From the human T2T-CHM13v2.0 reference genome, Homo sapiens, in assembly GCF_009914755.1 (NCBI RefSeq), contig NC_060940.1: DNA of 64,000 nucleotides; one strand, given 5' to 3'. The notes beneath the pieces are model-generated. The model was not told the DNA's origin. It did not search any database and worked only from the letters and a program-made list of their open reading frames with translations. The stretch's first letter is position 1, and each line of letters begins with the position of its first letter. The position numbers and the translations under genes are program-made. Shown here piece after piece: positions 36,901 through 51,100 of this stretch.

Positions 36901-39900
36901 CAGAAAAGGAAATATCTTCGTATAAAAACCCGACAGAATCATTCTCAGAAACTGCTCTGTGATGTGTGCGTTCAACTCACAGAGTTTAACTTTTCTTTTC
37001 ATTCAGCAGTTTGGAAACACTCTGTTTGTAAAGTCTGCAAGTGGATATCTTGGCCTCTTAGAGGCCTTCGTTGGAAACGGGTTTTTTCATGTAAGGATAG
37101 ACAGAGGAATTCCCAGTAACTTCCTTGTGTTGTGTGCATTCAACTCACAGAGTTGAATGATTCTTTACACAGAGCAGATTTGAGACACTCTTTGGGTGGC
37201 ATTTGTAAGTGGAGAATTCAGCCGCTTTGAGGTCAACGGTAGAAAAGGAAATATCTTCGTATAAAATCTAGACAGAATGATTCTCAGAAACTGTTTTTTG
37301 ATGTGTGCGTTCAACTCACAGAGTTTAACCTTTCTTTTCAGAGAGCAGTTAGGAAACACTCTGTTTGTAAAGTCTGCAAGTGGATATTCAGACCTCTTTG
37401 AGGCCTTCGTTGGAAACGGGATTTCTTCATATTATGCTAGACAGATGAATTCTCAGTAACTTCCTTGTGTTGTGTGTATTCAACTCACAGAGTTGAACGA
37501 TCCTTTACACAGAGCAGATTTGAAACACTGTTTTTCTGGAATTTGCAAGTGGAGATTTCAGCCGCTTTGAGGTCAATGGTAGAAAAGGAAATATCTTCGT
37601 ATAAAAACTAGACAGAATGATTCTCAGAAACTCCTTTGTGATGTGTGCGTTCAACTCACAGAGTTTAACCTCTCTTTTCACAGAGCAGTTAGGAAACACT
37701 CTGTTTGTGAAGCCTGCCAGTGGATAATCGGACCTCTTTGAGGCCTTCGTTGGAAACGGGATTTCTTCATATTATGCTAGACAGAAGATTTCTCAGTAAC
37801 TTCTTTGTGTTGTGTGTATGCAACTTACAGAGTTCAACCTTCCTTTAGAGAGAGCATATTTGAAACACTCTTTTTGTGGAATTTGCAAGTGGAGATTTCA
37901 AGCGCTTCGATGCAAATGGTAGAAAAGGAAATATCTTCGTAGAAAAACAAGACAAACTCGTTCCCAGACACTGCGTAGTGATGTGTGTGTTTAACTCACA
38001 GAGTTTAACCTTTCTTTTCATACAGCATTCTGGAAACCCTGTGTTTGTAAAGTCTGCAAGTGGATATTTGGACCTTTTAGATGCCTTCGTTGGAAACGGG
38101 ATTTCTTCATATAATGCTAGAGGGAAGAATTCTTAGTAACTTCTTTGTGTTGTGTGTATTCAACTGACAGAGTTGAACCTTCCTTTAGACAGAGCAGATT
38201 TGAAAGTCTCTTTTTGTGGAATTTGCAAGTGGAGATTTCAAGCGCTTTGAGGCCAAAAGCAGAAAAGGAAATATTTTCCTATAAAAACTCGACAGAATCA
38301 TTCTCAGGAACTGCTCTGTGATGTGTGCGTTCAACTCACAGAGTTTAACTTTTCTTTTCATTCAGCAGTTTGGAAACACTGTTTGGAAAGTCTGCACGTG
38401 GATATTTTGACCTCTTTGAGGCCTTCGTTGGAAACGGGTTTTTTTCATGTAAGGCTAGACAGAAGAAATCTCAGTAACTTCCTTGTGTTGTGTGTATTCA
38501 ACTGACAGAGTTGAACCTTCCTTTAGACAGAGCAGATTCGAAACACTCTTTTTCTGCAATTTGCAAGTGGAGACTTCAAGCGCTTTGAGGCCAAAGGCAG
38601 AAAAGGAAATATCTTCGTATAAAAACCCGACAGAATCATTCTCAGAAACTGCTCTGTGATGTGTGCGTTCAACTCACAGAGTTTAACTTTTCTTTTCATT
38701 CAGCAGTTTGGAAACACTCTGTTTGTAAAGTCTGCCAGTGGATATCTTGGCCTCTTAGAGGCCTTCGTTGGAAACGGGTTTTTTCATGTAAGGTTAGACA
38801 GAGGAATTCCCAGTAACTTCCTTGTGTTGTGTGCATTCAACTCACAGAGTTGAATGATTCTTTACACAGAGCAGATTTGAGACACTCTTTTGGTGGAATT
38901 TGTAAGTGGAGAATTCAGCCGCTTTGAGGTCAACGGTAGAAAAGGAAATATCTTCGTATAAAAACTAGACAGAATGATTCTCAGAAACTGTTTTGTGATG
39001 TGTGCGTTCAACTCACAGAGTTTAACCTTTCTTTTCAAAGAGCAGTTAGGAAACACTCTGTTTGTAAAGTCTGCAAGTGGATATTCAGACCTCTTTGAGG
39101 CCTTCGTTGGAAACGGGATTTCTTCATATTATGCTAGACAGATGAATTCTCAGTAACTTCCTTGTGTTGTGTGTATTCAACTCACAGAGTTGAACGATCC
39201 TTTACACAGAGCAGATTTGAAACACTGTTTTTCTGGAATTTGCAAGTGGAGATTTCAGCCGCTTTGAGGTCAATGGTAGAAAAGGAAATATCTTCGTATA
39301 AAAACTAGACAGAATGATTCTCAGAAACTCCTTTGTGATGTGTGCGTTCAACTCACAGAGTTTAACCTTTCTTTTCACAGAGCAGTTAGGAAACACTCTG
39401 TTTGTGAAGCCTGCCAGTGGATATTCGGACCTCTTTGAGGCCTTCGTTGGAAACGGGATTTCTTCGTATTATGCTAGACAGAAGATTTCTCAGTAACTTC
39501 TTTGTGTTGTGTGTATGCAACTCACAGAGTTCAACCTTCCTTTAGACAGAGCAGATTTGAAACACTCTTTTTGTGGAATTTGCAAGTGGAGATTTCAAGC
39601 GCTTCGATGCCAATGGTAGAAAAGGAAATATCTTCGTATAAAAACAAGACAAACTCGTTCCCAGACACTGCGTAGTGATGTGTGTGTTTAACTCACAGAG
39701 TTTCACCTTTCTTTTCATACAGCATTCTGGAAACCCTCTGTTTGTAAAGTCTGCAAGTGGATATTTGGACCTCTTAGATGCCTTCGTTGGAAACGGGATT
39801 TCTTCATATAATGCTAGAGGGAAGAATTCTTAGTAACTTCTTTGTGTTGTGTGTATTCAACTGACAGAGTTGAACCTTCCTTTAGACAGAGCAGATTTGA

Positions 39901-42837
39901 AAGTCTCTTTTTGTGGAATTTGCAAGTGGAGATTTCAAGCGCTTTGAGGCCAAAAGCAGAAAAGGAAATATTTTCCTATAAAAACTAGACAGAATCTTTC
40001 TCAGAAACTGCTCTGGGATGTGTGCGTTCAACTCACAGAGTTTAACTTTTCTTTTCATTCAGCAGTTTGGAAACACTCTGTTTGGAAAGTCTGCACGTGG
40101 ATATTTTGACCTCTTTGAGGCCTTCGTTGGAAACGGGTTTTTTTCATGTAAGGCTAGACAGAAGAAATCTCAGTAACTTCCTTGTGTTGTGTGTATTCAA
40201 CTGACAGAGTTGAACCTTCCTTTAGACAGAGCAGATTCGAAACACTCTTTTTCTGCAATTTGCAAGTGGAGACTTCAAGCGCTTTGAGGCCAAAGGCAGA
40301 AAAGGAAATATCTTCGTATAAAAACCCGACAGAATCATTCTCAGAAACTGCTCTGTGATGTGTGCGTTCAACTCACAGAGTTTAACTTTTCTTTTCATTC
40401 AACAGTTTGGAAACACTCTGTTTGTAAAGTCTGCAAGTGGATATCTTGGCCTCTTAGAGGCCTTCGTTGGAAACGGGTTTTTTCATTTAAGGTTAGACAG
40501 AGGAATTCCCAGTAACTTCCTTGTGTTGTGTGCATTCAACTCACAGAGTTGAATGATTCTTTACACAGAGCAGATTTGAGACACTCTTTGGGTGGAATTT
40601 GTAAGTGGAGAATTCAGCCGCTTTGAGGTCAACGGTAGAAAAGGAAATATCTTCGTATAAAATCTAGACAGAATGATTCTCAGAAACTGTTTTTTGATGT
40701 GTGCGTTCAACTCACAGAGTTTAACCTTTCTTTTCAAAGAGCAGTTAGGAAACACTCTGTTTGTAAAGTCTGCAAGTGGATATTCAGACCTCTTTGAGGC
40801 CTTCGTTGGAAACGGGATTTCTTCATATTATGCTAGACAGATGAATTCTCAGTAACTTCCTTGTGTTGTGTGTATTCAACTCACAGAGTTGAACGATCCT
40901 TTACACAGAGCAGATTTGAAACATTGTTTTTCTGGAATTTGCAAGTGGAGATTTCAGGCGCTTTGAGGTCAATGGTAGAAAAGGAAATATCTTCGTATAA
41001 AAACTAGACAGAATGATTCTCAGAAACTCCTTTGTGATGTGTGCGTTCAACTCACAGAGTTTAACCTTTCTTTTCACAGAGCAGTTAGGAAACACTCTGT
41101 TTGTGAAGCCTGCCAGTGGATATTCGGACCTCTTTGAGGCCTTCGTTGGAAACGGGATTTCTTCATATTATGCTAGACAGAAGATTTCTCAGTAACTTCT
41201 TTGTGTTGTGTGTATGCAACTTACAGAGTTCAACCTTCCTTTAGAGAGAGCATATTTGAAACACTCTTTTTGTGGAATTTGCAAGTGGAGATTTCAAGCG
41301 CTTCGATGCAAATGGTAGAAAAGGAAATATCTTCGTAGAAAAACAAGACAAACTCGTTCCCAGACACTGCGTAGTGATGTGTGTGTTTAACTCACAGAGT
41401 TTAACCTTTCTTTTCATACAGCATTCTGGAAACCCTGTGTTTGTAAAGTCTGCAAGTGGATATTTGGACCTCTTAGATGCCTTCGTTGGAAACGGGATTT
41501 CTTCATATAATGCTAGAGGGAAGAATTCTTAGTAACTTCTTTGTGTTGTGTGTATTCAACTGACAGAGTTGAACCTTCCTTTAGACAGAGCAGATTTGAA
41601 AGTCTCTTTTTGTGGAATTTGCAAGTGGAGATTTCAAGCGCTTTGAGGCCAAAAGCAGAAAAGGAAATATTTTCCTATAAAAACTCGACAGAATCATTCT
41701 CAGAAACTGCTCTGTGATGTGTGCGTTCAACTCACAGAGTTTAACTTTTCTTTTCATTCAGCAGTTTGGAAACACTGTTTGGAAAGTCTGCACGTGGATA
41801 TTTTGACCTCTTTGAGGCCTTCGTTGGAAACGGGTTTTTTTCATGTAAGGCTAGACAGAAGAAATCTCAGTAACTTCCTTGTGTTGTGTGTATTCAACTG
41901 ACAGAGTTGAACCTTCCTTTAGACAGAGCAGATTCGAAACACTCTTTTTATGCAATTTGCAAGTGGAGACTTCAAGCGCTTTGAGGCCAAAGGCAGAAAA
42001 GGAAATATCTTCGTATAAAAACCCGACAGAATCATTCTCAGAAACTGCTCTGTGATGTGTGCGTTCAACTCACAGAGTTTAACTTTTCTTTTCATTCAGC
42101 AGTTTGGAAACACTCTGTTTGTAAAGTCTGCAAGTGGATATCTTGGCCTCTTAGAGGCCTTCGTTGGAAACGGGTTTTTTCATTTAAGGATAGACAGAGG
42201 AATTCCCAGTAACTTCCTTGTGTTGTGTGCATTCAACTCACAGAGTTGAATGATTCTTTACACAGAGCAGATTTGAGACACTCTTTGGGTGGAATTTGTA
42301 AGTGGAGAATCCAGCCGCTTTGAGGTCAACGGTAGAAAAGGAAATATCTTCGTATAAAATCTAGACAGAATGATTCTCAGAAACTGTTTTGTGATGTGTG
42401 CGTTCAACTCACAGAGTTTAACCTTTCTTTTCAAAGAGCAGTTAGGAAACACTCTGTTAGTAAAGTCTGCAAGTGGATATTCAGACCTCTTTGAGGCCTT
42501 CGTTGGAAACGGGATTTCTTCATATTATGCTAGACAGATGAATTCTCAGTAACTTCCTTGTGTTGTGTGTATTCAACTCACAGAGTTGAACGATCCTTTA
42601 CACAGAGCAGATTTGAAACACTGTTTTTCTGGAATTTGCAAGTGGAGATTTCAGCCGCTTTGAGGTCAATGGTAGAAAAGGAAATATCTTCGTATAAAAA
42701 CTAGACAGAATGATTCTCAGAAACTCCTTTGTGATGTGTGCGTTCAACTCACAGAGTTTAACCTTTCTTTTCACAGAGCAGTTAGGAAACACTCTGTTTG
42801 TGAAGCCTGCCAGTGGATATTCGGACCTCTTTGAGGC

Positions 42838-42854
42838 CTTCGTTGGAAACAGGA
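42838..42854 (+). other. Mutated CENP-B box (CGGG>CAGG), dimer C
   Basis: Same variant as at 4135. Confidence 0.9.
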
Positions 42855-43750
42855 TTTCTTCGTATTATGCTAGACAGAAGATTTCTCAGTAACTTCTTTG
42901 TGTTGTGTGTATGCAACTCACAGAGTTCAACCTTCCTTTAGACAGAGCAGATTTGAAACACTCTTTTTGTGGAATTTGCAAGTGGAGATTTCAAGCGCTT
43001 CGATGCCAATGGTAGAAAAGGAAATATCTTCGTATAAAAACAAGACAAACTCGTTCCCAGACACTGCGTAGTGATGTGTGTGTTTAACTCACAGAGTTTA
43101 ACCTTTCTTTTCATACAGCATTCTGGAAACCCTCTGTTTGTAAAGTCTGCAAGTGGATATTTGGACCTCTTAGATGCCTTCGTTGGAAACGGGATTTCCT
43201 CATATAATGCTAGAGGGAAGAATTCTTAGTAACTTCTTTGTGTTGTGTGTATTCAACTGACAGAGTTGAACCTTCCTTTAGACAGAGCAGATTTGAAAGT
43301 CTCTTTTTGTGGAATTTGCAAGTGGAGATTTCAAGCGCTTTGAGGCCAAAAGCAGAAAAGGAAATATTTTCCTATAAAAATTAGACAGAATCTTTCTCAG
43401 AAACTGCTCTGGGATGTGTGCGTTCAACTCACAGAGTTTAACTTTTCTTTTCATTCAGCAGTTTGGAAACACTCTGTTTGGCAAGTCTGCACGTGGATAT
43501 TTTGACCTCTTTGAGGCCTTCGTTGGAAACGGGTTTTTTTCATGTAAGGCTAGACAGAAGAAATCTCAGTAACTTCCTTGTGTTGTGTGTATTCAACTGA
43601 CAGAGTTGAACCTTCCTTTAGACAGAGCAGATTCGAAACACTCTTTTTCTGCAATTTGCAAGTGGAGACTTCAAGCGCTTTGAGGCCAAAGGCAGAAAAG
43701 GAAATATCTTCGTATAAAAACCCGACAGAATCATTCTCAGAAACTGCTCT

Positions 43751-45107
43751 GTGATGTGTGCGTTCAACTCACAGAGTTTAACTTTTCTTTTCATTCAGCA
43801 GTTTGGAAACACTCTGTTTGTAAAGTCTGCAAGTGGATATCTTGGCCTCTTAGAGGCCTTCGTTGGAAACGGGTTTTTTCATGTAAGGATAGACAGAGGA
43901 ATTCCCAGTAACTTCCTTGTGTTGTGTGCATTCAACTCACAGAGTTGAATGATTCTTTACACAGAGCAGATTTGAGACACTCTTTGGGTGGAGTTTGTAA
44001 GTGGAGAATTCAGCCGCTTTGAGGTCAACGGTAGAAAAGGAAATATCTTCGTATAAAATCTAGACAGAATGATTCTCAGAAACTGTTTTTTGATGTGTGC
44101 GTTCAACTCACAGAGTTTAACCTTTCTTTTCAAAGAGCAGTTAGGAAACACTCTGTTTGTAAAGTCTGCAAGTGGATATTCAGACCTCTTTGAGGCCTTC
44201 GTTGGAAACGGGATTTCTTCATATTATGCTAGACAGATGAATTCTCAGTAACTTCCTTGTGTTGTGTGTATTCAACTCACAGAGTTGAACGATCCTTTAC
44301 ACAGAGCAGATTTGAAACACTGTTTTTCTGGAATTTGCAAGTGGAGATTTCAGCCGCTTTGAGGTCAATGGTAGAAAAGGAAATATCTTCGTAGAAAAAC
44401 AAGACAAACTCGTTCCCAGACACTGCGTAGTGATGTGTGTGTTTAACTCACAGAGTTTAACCTTTCTTTTCATACAGCATTCTGGAAACCCTGTGTTTGT
44501 AAAGTCTGCAAGTGGATATTTGGACCTCTTAGATGCCTTCGTTGGAAACGGGATTTCTTCATATAATGCTAGAGGGAAGAATTCTTAGTAACTTCTTTGT
44601 GTTGTGTGTATTCAACTGACAGAGTTGAACCTTCCTTTAGACAGAGCAGATTTGAAAGTCTCTTTTTGTGGAATTTGCAAGTGGAGATTTCAAGCGCTTT
44701 GAGGCCAAAAGCAGAAAAGGAAATATTTTCCTATAAAAACTCGACAGAATCATTCTCAGAAACTGCTCTGTGATGTGTGCGTTCAACTCACAGAGTTTAA
44801 CTTTTCTTTTCATTCAGCAGTTTGGAAACACTGTTTGGAAAGTCTGCACGTGGATATTTTGACCTCTTTGAGGCCTTCGTTGGAAACGGGTTTTTTTCAT
44901 GTAAGGCTAGACAGAAGAAATCTCAGTAACTTCCTTGTGTTGTGTGTATTCAACTGACAGAGTTGAACCTTCCTTTAGACAGAGCAGATTCGAAACACTC
45001 TTTTTCTGCAATTTGCAAGTGGAGACTTCAAGCGCTTTGAGGCCAAAGGCAGAAAAGGAAATATCTTCGTAGAAAAACCCGACAGAATCATTCTCAGAAA
45101 CTGCTCT
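43751..45107 (+). repeat. 8-mer HOR structural variant (1357 bp)
   Basis: Spacing 1357; same B-D junction at 44367-44393. Shares the ggagtttg SNV with the 8-mers at 635 and 5048. Confidence 0.95.
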
Positions 45108-48100
45108 GTGATGTGTGCGTTCAACTCACAGAGTTTAACTTTTCTTTTCATTCAGCAGTTTGGAAACACTCTGTTTGTAAAGTCTGCAAGTGGATATCTT
45201 GGCCTCTTAGAGGCCTTCGTTGGAAACGGGTTTTTTCATGTAAGGTTAGACAGAGGAATTCCCAGTAACTTCCTTGTGTTGTGTGCATTCAACTCACAGA
45301 GTTGAATGATTCTTTACACAGAGCAGATTTGAGACACTCTTTTGGTGGAATTTGTTAGTGGAGAATTCAGCCGCTTTGAGGTCAACGGTAGAAAAGGAAA
45401 TATCTTCGTATAAAAACTAGACAGAATGATTCTCAGAAACTGTTTTGTGATGTGTGCGTTCAACTCACAGAGTTTAACCTTTCTTTTCAAAGAGCAGTTA
45501 GGAAACACTCTGTTTGTAAAGTCTGCAAGTGGATATTCAGACCTCTTTGAGGCCTTCGTTGGAAACGGGATTTCTTCATATTATGCTAGACAGATGAATT
45601 CTCAGTAACTTCCTTGTGTTGTGTGTATTCAACTCACAGAGTTGAACGATCCTTTACACAGAGCAGATTTGAAACACTGTTTTTCTGGAATTTGCAAGTG
45701 GAGATTTCAGCCGCTTTGAGGTCAATGGTAGAAAAAGAAATATCTTCGTATAAAAACTAGACAGAATGATTCTCAGAAACTCCTTTGTGATGTGTGCGTT
45801 CAACTCACAGAGTTTAACCTTTCTTTTCACAGAGCAGTTAGGAAACACTCTGTTTGTGAAGCCTGCCAGTGGATATTCGGACCTCTTTGAGGCCTTCGTT
45901 GGAAACGGGATTTCTTCATATTATGCTAGACAGAAGATTTCTCAGTAACTTCTTTGTGTTGTGTGTATGCACCTCACAGAGTTCAACCTTCCTTTAGACA
46001 GAGCAGATTTGAAACACTCTTTTTGTGGAATTTGCAAGTGGAGATTTCAAGCGCTTCGATGCCAATGGTAGAAAAGGAAATATCTTCGTATAAAAACAAG
46101 ACAAACTCGTTCCCAGACACTGCGTAGTGATGTGTGTGTTTAACTCACAGAGTTTCACCTTTCTTTTCATACAGCATTCTGGAAACCCTCTGTTTGTAAA
46201 GTCTGCAAGTGGATATTTGGACCTCTTAGATGCCTTCGTTGGAAACGGGATTTCTTCATATAATGCTAGAGGGAAGAATTCTTAGTAACTTCTTTGTGTT
46301 GTGTGTATTCAACTGACAGAGTTGAACCTTCCTTTAGACAGAGCAGATTTGAAAGTCTCTTTTTGTGGAATTTGCAAGTGGAGATTTCAAGCGCTTTGAG
46401 GCCAAAAGCAGAAAAGGAAATATTTTCCTATAAAAACTAGACAGAATCATTCTCAGAAACTGCTCTGTGATGTGTGTGTTCAACTCACAGAGTTTAACTT
46501 TTCTTTTCATTCAGCAGTTTGGAAACACTCTGTTTGGAAAGTCTGCACGTGGATATTTTGACCTCTTTGAGGCCTTCGTTGGAAACGGGTTTTTTTCATG
46601 TAAGGCTAGACAGAAGAAATCTCAGTAACTTCCTTGTGTTGTGTGTATTCAACTGACAGAGTTGAACCTTCCTTTAGACAGAGCAGATTCGAAACACTCT
46701 TTTTCTGCAATTTGCAAGTGGAGACTTCAAGCGCTTTGAGGCCAAAGGCAGAAAAGGAAATATCTTCGTAGAAAAACCCGACAGAATCATTCTCAGAAAC
46801 TGCTCTGTGATGTGTGCGTTCAACTCACAGAGTTTAACTTTTCTTTTCATTCAGCAGTTTGGAAACACTCTGTTTGTAAAGTCTGCAAGTGGATATCTTG
46901 GCCTCTTAGAGGCCTTCGTTGGAAACGGGTTTTTTCATGTAAGGTTAGACAGAGGAATTCCCAGTAACTTCCTTGTGTTGTGTGCATTCAACTCACAGAG
47001 TTGAATGATTCTTTACACAGAGCAGATTTGAGACACTCTTTTGGTGGAATTTGTAAGTGGAGAATTCAGCCGCTTTGAGGTCAACGGTAGAAAAGGAAAT
47101 ATCTTCGTATAAAAACTAGACAGAATGATTCTCAGAAACTGTTTTGTGATGTGTGCGTTCAACTCACAGAGTTTAACCTTTCTTTTCAAAGAGCAGTTAG
47201 GAAACACTCTGTTTGTAAAGTCTGCAAGTGGATATTCAGACCTCTTTGAGGCCTTCGTTGGAAACGGGATTTCTTCATATTATGCTAGACAGATGAATTC
47301 TCAGTAACTTCCTTGTGTTGTGTGTATTCAACTCACAGAGTTGAACGATCCTTTACACAGAGCAGATTTGAAACACTGTTTTTCTGGAATTTGCAAGTGG
47401 AGATTTCAGCCGCTTTGAGGTCAATGGTAGAAAAGGAAATATCTTCGTATAAAAACTAGACAGAATGATTCTCAGAAACTCCTTTGTGATGTGTGCGTTC
47501 AACTCACAGAGTTTAACCTTTCTTTTCACAGAGCAGTTAGGAAACACTCTGTTTGTGAAGCCTGCCAGTGGATATTCGGACCTCTTTGAGGCCTTCGTTG
47601 GAAACGGGATTTCTTCGTATTATGCTAGACAGAAGATTTCTCAGTAACTTCTTTGTGTTGTGTGTATGCAACTCACAGAGTTCAACCTTCCTTTAGACAG
47701 AGCAGATTTGAAACACTCTTTTTGTGGAATTTGCAAGTGGAGATTTCAAGCGCTTCGATGCCAATGGTAGAAAAGGAAATATCTTCGTATAAAAACAAGA
47801 CAAACTCGTTCCCAGACACTGCGTAGTGATGTGTGTGTTTAACTCACAGAGTTTAACCTTTCTTTTCATACAGCATTCTGGAAACCCTCTGTTTGTAAAG
47901 TCTGCAAGTGGATATTTGGACCTCTTAGATGCCTTCGTTGGAAACGGGATTTCCTCATATAATGCTAGAGGGAAGAATTCTTAGTAACTTCTTTGTGTTG
48001 TGTGTATTCAACTGACAGAGTTGAACCTTCCTTTAGACAGAGCAGATTTGAAAGTCTCTTTTTGTGGAATTTGCAAGTGGAGATTTCAAGCGCTTTGAGG

Positions 48101-51100
48101 CCAAAAGCAGAAAAGGAAATATTTTCCTATAAAAATTAGACAGAATCTTTCTCAGAAACTGCTCTGGGATGTGTGCGTTCAACTCACAGAGTTTAACTTT
48201 TCTTTTCATTCAGCAGTTTGGAAACACTCTGTTTGGAAAGTCTGCACGTGGATATTTTGACCTCTTTGAGGCCTTCGTTGGAAACGGGTTTTTTTCATGT
48301 AAGGCTAGACAGAAGAAATCTCAGTAACTTCCTTGTGTTGTGTGTATTCAACTGACAGAGTTGAACCTTCCTTTAGACAGAGCAGATTCGAAACACTCTT
48401 TTTCTGCAATTTGCAAGTGGAGACTTCAAGCGCTTTGAGGCCAAAGGCAGAAAAGGAAATATCTTCGTATAAAAACCCGACAGAATCATTCTCAGAAACT
48501 GCTCTGTGATGTGTGCGTTCAACTCACAGAGTTTAACTTTTCTTTTCATTCAGCAGTTTGGAAACACTCTGTTTGTAAAGTCTGCAAGTGGATATCTTGG
48601 CCTCTTAGAGGCCTTCGTTGGAAACGGGTTTTTTCATGTAAGGATAGACAGAGGAATTCCCAGTAACTTCCTTGTGTTGTGTGCATTCAACTCACAGAGT
48701 TGAATGATTCTTTACACAGAGCAGATTTGAGACACTCTTTGGGTGGAATTTGTAAGTGGAGAATTCAGCCGCTTTGAGGTCAACGGTAGAAAAGGAAATA
48801 TCTTCGTATAAAATCTAGACAGAATGATTCTCAGAAACTGTTTTTTGATGTGTGCGTTCAACTCACAGAGTTTAACCTTTCTTTTCAAAGAGCAGTTAGG
48901 AAACACTCTGTTTGTAAAGTCTGCAAGTGGATATTCAGACCTCTTTGAGGCCTTCGTTGGAAACGGGATTTCTTCATATTATGCTAGACAGATGAATTCT
49001 CAGTAACTTCCTTGTGTTGTGTGTATTCAACTCACAGAGTTGAACGATCCTTTACACAGAGCAGATTTGAAACACTGTTTTTCTGGAATTTGCAAGTGGA
49101 GATTTCAGCCGCTTTGAGGTCAATGGTAGAAAAGGAAATATCTTCGTATAAAAACTAGACAGAATGATTCTCAGAAACTCCTTTGTGATGTGTGCGTTCA
49201 ACTCACAGAGTTTAACCTTTCTTTTCACAGAGCAGTTAGGAAACACTCTGTTTGTGAAGCCTGCCAGTGGATATTCGGACCTCTTTGAGGCCTTCGTTGG
49301 AAACGGGATTTCTTCATATTATGCTAGACAGAAGATTTCTCAGTAACTTCTTTGTGTTGTGTGTATGCAACTTACAGAGTTCAACCTTCCTTTAGAGAGA
49401 GCATATTTGAAACACTCTTTTTGTGGAATTTGCAAGTGGAGATTTCAAGCGCTTCGATGCAAATGGTAGAAAAGGAAATATCTTCGTAGAAAAACAAGAC
49501 AAACTCGTTCCCAGACACTGCGTAGTGATGTGTGTGTTTAACTCACAGAGTTTAACCTTTCTTTTCATACAGCATTCTGGAAACCCTGTGTTTGTAAAGT
49601 CTGCAAGTGGATATTTGGACCTCTTAGATGCCTTCGTTGGAAACGGGATTTCTTCATATAATGCTAGAGGGAAGAATTCTTAGTAACTTCTTTGTGTTGT
49701 GTGTATTCAACTGACAGAGTTGAACCTTCCTTTAGACAGAGCAGATTTGAAAGTCTCTTTTTGTGGAATTTGCAAGTGGAGATTTCAAGCGCTTTGAGGC
49801 CAAAAGCAGAAAAGGAAATATTTTCCTATAAAAACTCGACAGAATCATTCTCAGAAACTGCTCTGTGATGTGTGCGTTCAACTCACAGAGTTTAACTTTT
49901 CTTTTCATTCAGCAGTTTGGAAACACTGTTTGGAAAGTCTGCACGTGGATATTTTGACCTCTTTGAGGCCTTCGTTGGAAACGGGTTTTTTTCATGTAAG
50001 GCTAGACAGAAGAAATCTCAGTAACTTCCTTGTGTTGTGTGTATTCAACTGACAGAGTTGAACCTTCCTTTAGACAGAGCAGATTCGAAACACTCTTTTT
50101 CTGCAATTTGCAAGTGGAGACTTCAAGCGCTTTGAGGCCAAAGGCAGAAAAGGAAATATCTTCGTATAAAAACCCGACAGAATCATTCTCAGAAACTGCT
50201 CTGTGATGTGTGCGTTCAACTCACAGAGTTTAACTTTTCTTTTCATTCAGCAGTTTGGAAACACTCTGTTTGTAAAGTCTGCAAGTGGATATCTTGGCCT
50301 CTTAGAGGCCTTCGTTGGAAACGGGTTTTTTCATGTAAGGATAGACAGAGGAATTCCCAGTAACTTCCTTGTGTTGTGTGCATTCAACTCACAGAGTTGA
50401 ATGATTCTTTACACAGAGCAGATTTGAGACACTCTTTGGGTGGAATTTGTAAGTGGAGAATTCAGCCGCTTTGAGGTCAACGGTAGAAAAGGAAATATCT
50501 TCGTATAAAATCTAGACAGAATGATTCTCAGAAACTGTTTTGTGATGTGTGCGTTCAACTCACAGAGTTTAACCTTTCTTTTCAGAGAGCAGTTAGGAAA
50601 CACTCTGTTTGTAAAGTCTGCAAGTGGATATTCAGACCTCTTTGAGGCCTTCGTTGGAAACGGGATTTCTTCATATTATGCTAGACAGATGAATTCTCAG
50701 TAACTTCCTTGTGTTGTGTGTATTCAACTCACAGAGTTGAACGATCCTTTACACAGAGCAGATTTGAAACACTGTTTTTCTGGAATTTGCAAGTGGAGAT
50801 TTCAGCCGCTTTGAGGTCAATGGTAGAAAAGGAAATATCTTCGTATAAAAACTAGACAGAATGATTCTCAGAAACTCCTTTGTGATGTGTGCGTTCAACT
50901 CACAGAGTTTAACCTTTCTTTTCACAGAGCAGTTAGGAAACACTCTGTTTGTGAAGCCTGCCAGTGGATAATCGGACCTCTTTGAGGCCTTCGTTGGAAA
51001 CGGGATTTCTTCATATTATGCTAGACAGAAGATTTCTCAGTAACTTCTTTGTGTTGTGTGTATGCAACTTACAGAGTTCAACCTTCCTTTAGAGAGAGCA

